Source of the DNA: Candidatus Zixiibacteriota bacterium
Lineage (GTDB): Bacteria; Zixibacteria; MSB-5A5; GN15; FEB-12
Direction of reading: 5' to 3'
Assembly: GCA_041742355.1 (NCBI GenBank)
Contig: JBGSIV010000164.1
Span: 1 to 31,061, forward strand
Length of the DNA: 31,061 nucleotides
Part shown: piece after piece, positions 1 to 6,678 of the stretch
Layout of the letters: the number at the start of each line of letters is the position of its first letter
Position numbering within the stretch: position 1 is the stretch's first letter
Notes under the pieces: model-generated
The model's database searches: none
Told to the model about the DNA's origin: nothing
What the model saw: the letters and a program-made list of their open reading frames with translations, nothing else
Program-made: the position numbers and the translations under genes

Positions 1-30
1 AATGACAAAACTGATTCGTTCATCACGCAT
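1..30 (-). CDS. 5' end of a CDS running off the window (MRDERISFVI...), possibly a family-2 glycosyltransferase
   Basis: ATG at 30-28, preceded by AGGA (taggacagcgaccATG on the minus strand), and open to the window edge. ISFVI resembles the 'ISVVIP' start of GT2 enzymes, but only 10 codons are visible. Confidence 0.35.
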   Translation of the reverse strand, partial: MRDERISFVI

Positions 31-208
31 GGTCGCTGTCCTAAACGGCATATCCTGGCTCCTCTGTAAGTAACCCAAGATAGCCAACCTGTATACCATG
101 TCTTGAAAGAACATGTATACTATGTCATGATAGCGTACACCTTGTGTCGCCCCCGGAAACAGAACGCGCGACAGGCACGAGCGCGGCGGCTCCTGCCCTT
201 CGGGAACC

Positions 209-1888
209 CTACTTGATCTTCTTCGCCGGCATATCCCGGCCGCCCTGATGGAGCACCATCCCGGTGGCCATCCCGGTCGACGGATCGAGCTCGAACGTGA
301 TCTGGGCATCGACCACCCGCAGGAAGTACTCGGTCTCGCTGGTCGGGAAGATCTCGAACTCATCCTGCCCGGTGGCCTGCGAGAATATGCGCCCCTCGCG
401 GGTGCGGAACGTGAGGACAAAGCCCGGCGCCAGCTCATAGTCGCCGACGAGGCGCTCGAATACTTTCGGGTCAACCTGCGCCACCGCCCGCACCGCCATC
501 AGGCTGTCGGCAAGGGAACCGGTCACCCGTTCGCACCGGGAGTCGGCGCCTCCTTGATGCATCAGGTGGGCGACCACCGCGCCCTTCTCGTCGCGGATGA
601 AGGAAACGGTCGTGGAGTTGTCGTTCTCGTAGTAGAACTTGTCGGTCGCCTCGGGGTAGATGCGGAAAACCGGCCCGGCCGTCCGCTGCGAATAAAGAGC
701 GTCGCCGTCGCGGCGGATCACCCGGTAGGCGTTGTCGCTGACTTTGTAGACGCCCGCAAACGCGTCGAACGTGGCCGGATCGGCGGCGATCGGAGTCTTG
801 CGGATCGGGAGGTCGTACGGCTGGTCGAACGCAATCGCGGCAAGGTCGAAGCCGATGATCGAAGCATTGGCTGACATGTTGTTGGACAGCACGACGACGG
901 TCACCTTGTCGTCGGGATAATAGGCGAGCGTGCTGGTGAAGCCGTCGATACCGCCGCCGTGGGAGATTTCCCTGTGGCCGACACGGTCGCCGATCATCAG
1001 GCCGTACGCATAGCCTTCCAGCGCCGGGGTGTACATGAGCGCCTTTGAAGCCGCCGAGAGCACCTTGTCGCCGTGCAGCGCCAGGTTCCAGATAAGCAGG
1101 TCGCCGACGGTCGAGGAGAGCGCGCCGGCGGCATAAGGCAGGGTCATCGAGATCTTCTCGGCAGGTTCGATCGTGCCGTTGGGAGCGACATACCCCAGAG
1201 CGCGGCCCGGCGGCGGCTCGCTGGGCGCATACATAGTGTGGGTCATGCCGAGCGGCTTGAAGATGTGCTCGGCCACGTAGTCGGCGTAGGTTTGCCCGGA
1301 GACCTTTTCGATGACAAGGCCCAGCAGGAAGTAGCCCGAGTTGCAGTACTGGAACCGGGCGCCCGGCTCGTACAGAAGCGGGAGGTCCTTGAAGCTGGCC
1401 AGCACAAGCTCGTGGGGGAAGTCCTCTCCGCGCCGTTCCATCAGCACCTCATTGTCGGTGTAGCTGGGGAGGCCGGAGGTGTGGGTGAGGAGGTGGTGAA
1501 TCGTGATCCGGTCACCGGTGGCTTTGGGATAGTCGGTCAGGTATTTGGTGATCGGGTCCTTCACGTTGAGCTTGCCTTGTTCCTGAAGCTGGAGAATCGC
1601 GGCCGAGGTGAACTGCTTGGTCACCGACCCGATGAGGAACTCCGTCTCGGGTGTATTAGGCTTCTTCGTGTCCACGTCGGCCATGCCGTAAGCCTTGGCG
1701 AAAATCGGCACGCCGTCCTTGGCCACCAGCGCGGCCCCCTGGAAGAGGTTGACGTTGTGGGCGGCGGTCAGGTACGCGTCGAGTTCGGCCGCCTTGTCGG
1801 CAGCGTGTATCGGCGCGGCGGCGAGAAACAGTATCAGCAGCGCCAGCAGCCGGAAGGGCATTGCGTTGGTAGTTATGCGAGAGTTCAT
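209..1888 (-). CDS. Secreted beta-lactamase-family (class C-like) serine hydrolase with two C-terminal DUF3471-like domains
   Basis: Signal peptide ending PIHA-A; catalytic motifs SxxK (GSVTK), YxN (YCN) and HxG (SHGG); two C-terminal repeats (FAGVYKV..., LVGDYEL...). Start placed at ATG 1888 behind a GAAAGGA RBS. Confidence 0.9.
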   Translation of the reverse strand: MNSRITTNAMPFRLLALLILFLAAAPIHAADKAAELDAYLTAAHNVNLFQGAALVAKDGVPIFAKAYGMADVDTKKPNTPETEFLIGSVTKQFTSAAILQLQEQGKLNVKDPITKYLTDYPKATGDRITIHHLLTHTSGLPSYTDNEVLMERRGEDFPHELVLASFKDLPLLYEPGARFQYCNSGYFLLGLVIEKVSGQTYADYVAEHIFKPLGMTHTMYAPSEPPPGRALGYVAPNGTIEPAEKISMTLPYAAGALSSTVGDLLIWNLALHGDKVLSAASKALMYTPALEGYAYGLMIGDRVGHREISHGGGIDGFTSTLAYYPDDKVTVVVLSNNMSANASIIGFDLAAIAFDQPYDLPIRKTPIAADPATFDAFAGVYKVSDNAYRVIRRDGDALYSQRTAGPVFRIYPEATDKFYYENDNSTTVSFIRDEKGAVVAHLMHQGGADSRCERVTGSLADSLMAVRAVAQVDPKVFERLVGDYELAPGFVLTFRTREGRIFSQATGQDEFEIFPTSETEYFLRVVDAQITFELDPSTGMATGMVLHQGGRDMPAKKIK

Positions 1889-1937
1889 GGCGGTCCTTTC
1901 ACTATAGGTCATGAGGATAATATCGACTAGGCTATAT

Positions 1938-1963
1938 GACGGTCACCGGAGAGATTTGTTGCA
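1938..1963 (-). promoter_or_regulatory. Putative ECF sigma-factor promoter for the serine hydrolase
   Basis: Minus strand reads TGCAAC-N16-CGTC, matching the common ECF pattern (-35 AAC, -10 CGT), about 50 nt upstream of the start codon. Confidence 0.55.
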
Positions 1964-2154
1964 CGGGGCATGTGACTCCAAGCGCCGGGCGGCGGCGATG
2001 GTGGTGTTGTCGATGGTGAAGTAGAGGCGTGGATAGAAGCCGGCGAGATTCAGCGTTCACAGCCACGTCCGTACAATCCAACCGGTCGGTCGACGGGGCG
2101 AGTATCATGAAGACCTCACCCCGGTCGTCGAGAATTGGGCTTGCATATTCAGGC

Positions 2155-2985
2155 CTACATCTTCTCCACACACCCCGCGATCAAGTCCCGCAACACCGGC
2201 TCGGTCGCACTCGCGGCGCCGATCACATCGGCCAGCGAACAGGGATGCATGTTGTCCGGCAGCCCCATGTCGGTGATAATGGAGAAGGCCAGGATCTTGT
2301 TACGCTGATGGTGCGCGGTGATGACCTCGGGCACAGTCGACATCCCAACCGCATCCGCGCCAAACCCGCGCAGCATGCGGTACTCGGCCGCGGTCTCAAG
2401 GCACGGACCGGTCAGCCCGACATAGACCCCCTCCTGCAGCCGGATTTTCTGCTCGAGCGCGACCTGCTTGGCGAGCTGAATGTAGTTTCGGTTGTAGACT
2501 TCGTACATGTCAGGGAAACGGTCGCCGAGTTCTTCGTCGTTGGGGCCGATCAGCGGGTTGCCGGGGAAGAAATTGATATGGTCCTTGATGAGCATGATAT
2601 CCCCCGGCTTGAAATTCGGGTTCATGCCGCCGGCGGCGTTGGAAACAATGAGAGTGTCGATCCCGAGGGCTTTGAGCGTGCGGACCGGAAACGCGATCTG
2701 CTGGAACGAGTAGCCTTCGTAATAGTGGAAGCGCCCCTGCATGCAGACGACCTTCTTGCCGCGCAGGTGGCCGAAGAGCAGGCGGCCGGCGTGGGATTCG
2801 ACCGTCGAGGTCGGGAAATGCGGGATCTTGTCGTAGCTGACCGTGCCGACCATATCGATACCGTCGACGAGCCGGCCGAGGCCGGTGCCGAGAATAATGC
2901 CGATAGTCGGCGTGAAATCGATCTGGGACTTGATGTAGGCGACCGCTTCGTCGCGCATCTTGCGGAATTCCTTGACAGTTTGCAT
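2155..2985 (-). CDS. punA: Purine-nucleoside phosphorylase (trimeric PNP/XapA family)
   Basis: Motifs ILGTGLG, QGRFHYYEG, SNAAGG, GPCLETAAE, AVGMSTVPE. Start at ATG 2985 (MQTVKEF) after an AAGGA RBS; the longer ORF start lies within the repeats. Confidence 0.93.
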   Translation of the reverse strand: MQTVKEFRKMRDEAVAYIKSQIDFTPTIGIILGTGLGRLVDGIDMVGTVSYDKIPHFPTSTVESHAGRLLFGHLRGKKVVCMQGRFHYYEGYSFQQIAFPVRTLKALGIDTLIVSNAAGGMNPNFKPGDIMLIKDHINFFPGNPLIGPNDEELGDRFPDMYEVYNRNYIQLAKQVALEQKIRLQEGVYVGLTGPCLETAAEYRMLRGFGADAVGMSTVPEVITAHHQRNKILAFSIITDMGLPDNMHPCSLADVIGAASATEPVLRDLIAGCVEKM

Positions 2986-3064
2986 GGGCCGGTTCCTTAT
3001 GGGTAGAGCTTTGTGTTCATTGTCGCCGGGTCGCTGAATTGTCTGTTCGCCATGGTTCGAAAGC

Positions 3065-3147
3065 GCCATCCTTCGACTACGCTCAGGATGACATCTATTC
3101 TCCAGGCGACCCCTGTCCGTCATGCTTCGACTTTACTCAACATGACA
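3065..3147. repeat. Two related REP-like palindromes of the (C/T)GTCA-tagged type
   Basis: 3065-3093 GCCATCCTTCGACTACGCTCAGGATGACA and 3118-3147 CGTCATGCTTCGACTTTACTCAACATGACA. Both share the cttcgact...ctca core closed by a CAT..ATG stem. Confidence 0.75.
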
Positions 3148-3151
3148 AGCG

Positions 3152-3226
3152 GTAGGTCAGGCCGCTTGCGGCCTGACGGTCTTCCGCTGCCCGTATTCTT
3201 GTCAGGCTCCGAGGAGCCTTACCTAC
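3152..3226. repeat. Inverted pair of GTAG-tagged REP palindromes (REPIN-like dimer)
   Basis: GTAG-GTCAGG-CCGC-TT-GCGG-CCTGAC at 3152-3177, a 23-nt spacer, then GTCAGG-CTCC-GA-GGAG-CCTTAC-CTAC at 3201-3226. GTAG tags face inward at both outer ends. Confidence 0.8.
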
Positions 3227-3233
3227 GGGAACA

Positions 3234-3262
3234 AGGATACGTCCGGCAAGGAGAAGTGTCAG
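3234..3262 (-). promoter_or_regulatory. Putative sigma70-type promoter for PNP
   Basis: Minus strand CTGACA-N17-TATCCT, immediately downstream of the divIVA terminator. Confidence 0.5.
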
Positions 3263-3277
3263 CGAAAAAATGCGGGC

Positions 3278-3318
3278 AAAAAGAAGACCGGCCGCGGGGG
3301 GGAAAGTGCGGCCGGTCT
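3278..3318 (-). terminator. Intrinsic terminator after the divIVA-like gene
   Basis: 11-bp stem AGACCGGCCGC/GCGGCCGGTCT (3285-3318) followed by TCTTTTT on the minus strand. Confidence 0.7.
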
Positions 3319-3386
3319 ACAAATGCAGGTGGGGTATCTTGTTTGCCTCGTATCGTGAGGCCGTTTCTGCTACGCTGTAACGCCCC

Positions 3387-4745
3387 TCATGACTTGGCGG
3401 CGCGATCCATCTCCTCCTCGAAGCGGGCCGCCACTTCATCGAGCTCACGGGCTATGGCTACCGGGTCCATGCCCGCCGGCGTCGGCACACGGAGCGGGGG
3501 TTCCTCCTGCCGATACGGGGTCGGCCCGAGGCGCGGGCTCTCCTCCCGCGCAACGGGTTCGCCGCCGATCGGCTGGTCAATATCGATGAGGTTGTGTTCG
3601 GTATTGTCAGGTTCGTCGGGCGCGGCCTGGGTGCGCACCTTGTCGGTCGACTGCTGCTCATCAAGATCATTCGAGGTCGCGCGCATGGACTGGTCGCGGA
3701 CGGGCTCGGGGGACTCCACGGGTTCGGCCGGTGCGGTCGCTTTGACGAGGGCCAGTTCCTCGGCCGAGCTGTGCGTGCGCTGGTAACTTTCAAGAGCGGC
3801 GGCCAGTTCCGGATCCAGCACCGTTGGCGGGGGCACGGCCGGAGCGGGACCGACAGCGATGATCCGTTCGGCGGCATTCGCTTCTTCCGTGCGGACCGGC
3901 TCAACCGGTTCGGGCGGCGTACTGAATGTCTCCAGTTTCCGTCGGGTAACGTCGGTCGCTTCTTCCACGACGATGCCGTTGGTGCCCGGGTGAGGATTGT
4001 CCATCCCCGAGGCCGACCAGTCGATTTCGAAGACCGCCGGCTTCTCGGAAGGCACACCGCCAGCCTCCTCCAAACCGAATGGATCGCTCTGTTCGGAATG
4101 GAGAGATTCGTCGGGAACCGGTGTCGGATCATTCCGGGGAGCAGCGGCAACGGGTGCGAAAGCATCCGACTCAACGGTCTGGGACTCAGACAGAGCTGCG
4201 GGCGCAAACACCCCGCGCGGCGTCGGCGGCATGGTATCGTCGAGGTCGGCGTTCGGAGCGGCCGTTTCGCGGTTGGGAATCACCGGAGCCTTGAGGTGCT
4301 GGATCTCCTCGATCAGGGCGAGGTGGGATTCGATGAGGTTCTTGAGCTTGGCCTGGTACGAGGCTTTGGTCATCTGCAGCTTGGAGATCTGATCATCCAG
4401 ACGCAGGGCTTCGTCCTTGCGCGAACCGACCGTCTCTTCGGCCTGGGCGCGGGCCCGGGTGAGCAGTTCGTTGACCTCGCGGCGAGCGTTCGCGACGAGG
4501 GTGTCGGCGTTGCGCCGGGCGTCGATCGCCGCGCTCTTGATCGTATCCTCGAACTGCTTGAGCGCTTCCAACTGCGTACGCAGGGTGTCGCGCTCCATCG
4601 ACAGCTTGAGGTTCTCCTGCTTGACATCCTCAAGCGTGGTCGCGATCTGATCGAGGAACTCGCGCACCTCGTCTTTGTCGTATCCGCGCATCTGGTGCGA
4701 GAACTCGTAGTTGCGGATATCGTTCGGTGACAGGCCCGTACTCAT
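3387..4745 (-). CDS. DivIVA-domain protein with a long acidic Pro-rich region and a C-terminal helix
   Basis: N-terminal LSPNDIRNYEFSHQMRGYDKDEVREFLD is the DivIVA signature, followed by a coiled coil of about 150 aa. AAGGAG RBS; lies downstream of yggS. Confidence 0.88.
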   Translation of the reverse strand: MSTGLSPNDIRNYEFSHQMRGYDKDEVREFLDQIATTLEDVKQENLKLSMERDTLRTQLEALKQFEDTIKSAAIDARRNADTLVANARREVNELLTRARAQAEETVGSRKDEALRLDDQISKLQMTKASYQAKLKNLIESHLALIEEIQHLKAPVIPNRETAAPNADLDDTMPPTPRGVFAPAALSESQTVESDAFAPVAAAPRNDPTPVPDESLHSEQSDPFGLEEAGGVPSEKPAVFEIDWSASGMDNPHPGTNGIVVEEATDVTRRKLETFSTPPEPVEPVRTEEANAAERIIAVGPAPAVPPPTVLDPELAAALESYQRTHSSAEELALVKATAPAEPVESPEPVRDQSMRATSNDLDEQQSTDKVRTQAAPDEPDNTEHNLIDIDQPIGGEPVAREESPRLGPTPYRQEEPPLRVPTPAGMDPVAIARELDEVAARFEEEMDRAAKS

Positions 4746-4934
4746 AGCTTCTGCTCCTTATATCCTCCGTTGCCCTCCGCATCCGGCAGCAACAGCACCA
4801 CTGTTCGATTTTCGATCAGGCACAGGTCGGCCCGCTCTACTATACTTATCGGGTGTTGGCCGGGTAAAATTGAGCGGAGAATTGCGCCGGACCGGATCTC
4901 GGTCGGGCCGGGCGAGCCGTTCGGGGACTTGGGG

Positions 4935-5636
4935 TTATGCGGGCTGGTTGGTTTCCCGGGGGCCGAACAGGAGGCTGCCGATGCGGAGCATGGTGGAACC
5001 TTCGGCGATAGCCAGCGCGAAGTCATCGGACATACCCATAGACAGCGTATCGAAATCGTCGCCGAAGAGGCCGCACCCCTGCGAGAAAAGCTCGCGGCAG
5101 CGGCGAAAAGCGGCGCGGACAGCGTCTTCGTCCTCGGTCAGCGGGCCGATGGTCATGAGGCCCACGAGGTTGATGTTTTCCATGGCATGAACCTGCCGGC
5201 AGAGGCTGATGCACTCCTCCGGGGCCACGCCGAACTTCTGCTCCTCACCGGAGCAGTTGACCTGGACAAGGCAGTCGATTGTCAGTTCGGCTTTGCCGGC
5301 ATGACGGTTGATCTCCTCAGCGAGCTTGAGGCTGTCGACCGACTGGATGACGTCGAAGAGCTCGACGGCGCGTTTAACCTTGTTGCTCTGGAGATGCCCG
5401 ACCAGATGGAAACGGGCGATCTGGCCGAGGCGGGTGATCTTCTCGTCGGCTTCCTGCACCTTGCTCTCGCCGATGTTGTGGAGACCGGCGGCGACTGCGG
5501 TTGTTATGACAGAAGGCGGGTGGGTCTTGGTGACCGCCACAAGAGTGATATCGTCGGTATCGCGGTCATACTCTTCGCAGGCGTCCGCTATCCGACCGTG
5601 GAGGGAGGCTATATTTCGGCCAATGTCTGCTTTCAT
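4935..5636 (-). CDS. yggS: YggS-family PLP homeostasis protein
   Basis: Motifs LVAVTKT (PLP-binding Lys), IGESKVQE, HLVGHLQSNK, GLMTIG, LSMGMSDD, MLRIGSLLFG. Start at ATG 5636. Confidence 0.95.
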   Translation of the reverse strand: MKADIGRNIASLHGRIADACEEYDRDTDDITLVAVTKTHPPSVITTAVAAGLHNIGESKVQEADEKITRLGQIARFHLVGHLQSNKVKRAVELFDVIQSVDSLKLAEEINRHAGKAELTIDCLVQVNCSGEEQKFGVAPEECISLCRQVHAMENINLVGLMTIGPLTEDEDAVRAAFRRCRELFSQGCGLFGDDFDTLSMGMSDDFALAIAEGSTMLRIGSLLFGPRETNQPA

Positions 5637-5775
5637 CGTTCCGGCTGAATAAAGGGGGGAAAGCGCGAAAGGGGCAAGGAAAATCGTGACGGCGCGAGCC
5701 GGCAGAAAGACGGGCCGGGCCATTCGGCCCGGCCCGCCGTCAGGGACCATTACAGGGGAAACCGCCGATCACTTG

Positions 5776-6654
5776 TCAGCGCACCGGTTGCGGCCGGCGG
5801 GTTCGCTCGGTGTGGTGGATGGGCCGGATGTCGCGGCCCCGCCGCTGGTACCACGCCCGGGTGAATTCGGCGCCGATGTAGAACACCTGCGACGAGTAGT
5901 ACACCCAGATGAGAAAGGCGATGGCGGCGCCGGCCGGGCCGAACTGATCCGCCGCACCCGAACGCCCGAGGTAGAAGGTGATGAGCCACTGCCCCACAAC
6001 AAAGAGAATGGCCGTGATGAGTGCGCCGAACCAGACATCGCCGAAGCCGAGTTCCACATCCGGGAGGTACTTCAGGATGAACATGAAGAGCACCCACACC
6101 AGGGCCAGCGAGATCGCATAGCTGGTGGCCTGGATGACGATGGCCGGCAGAGAGAGGATCTCCTCGAGCTGACCGAGGAACTTCGGCACGATGGCCGTCA
6201 TGAGGACGGCGGCAAGAATGAGGGCGGCGACGATGAGGATGATCAGCAGGGCGCGGACGCGGATCATGATCGTATCGCCGATGCCGGCGTCCCTCGACTT
6301 GCGCACACCCCAGATCGTGTTGAGTGAGTCCTGCATATCGGCCACGACGGTTGTCGCACCGAAAAGCAGGAGGACACCCGCCACGACCAACTGGATGACG
6401 GAACCCTGGGAGACGTTCGTGTTCTGCACGATCATCTGCACGAAAGCCCCGATGCGCTCGGAGGTGAACTGCGCCATCTGCGTCTGGAGCTGGCCGGCGG
6501 CGGCCTGCTGTCCATAGACGAGCCCGAGAAGCGTGATGAGGATCAGGATGATCGGGCCCATCGAGAAGATGGCGTAGTATGACAGGGACGCCGAGAGCTT
6601 CGAGACCTTGTGCTCGCTGTAGCGGCTTGCGGTTTCCTTCAGCGGGTTTGGCAC
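5776..6654 (-). CDS. YihY/virulence factor BrkB family membrane protein
   Basis: ASLSYYAIFSMGP, LNTIWGV, WVYYSSQVFYIGAEF and about six TM segments. GTG start after GAAGGAG, 24 nt downstream of the 691-aa gene. Confidence 0.9.
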   Translation of the reverse strand: MPNPLKETASRYSEHKVSKLSASLSYYAIFSMGPIILILITLLGLVYGQQAAAGQLQTQMAQFTSERIGAFVQMIVQNTNVSQGSVIQLVVAGVLLLFGATTVVADMQDSLNTIWGVRKSRDAGIGDTIMIRVRALLIILIVAALILAAVLMTAIVPKFLGQLEEILSLPAIVIQATSYAISLALVWVLFMFILKYLPDVELGFGDVWFGALITAILFVVGQWLITFYLGRSGAADQFGPAGAAIAFLIWVYYSSQVFYIGAEFTRAWYQRRGRDIRPIHHTERTRRPQPVR

Positions 6655-6678
6655 CAGTGCTACTCCTTCCGCGTCGGG

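Noticed and set aside
1932..2154. Possible small ORF or frameshifted gene remnant between PNP and the serine hydrolase
   Set aside because: Short protein-like stretches appear in two frames, but no family is recognisable and it overlaps the putative ECF promoter; cannot be supported without tBLASTx.
3065..3226. Mini CRISPR array
   Set aside because: The repeats are non-identical, partly inverted and irregularly spaced, and there are no cas genes in the window.
2986..3230. Purine or other riboswitch upstream of PNP
   Set aside because: No purine-riboswitch core is visible and the hairpins are explained by REP-like repeats; an Rfam cmscan would settle it.
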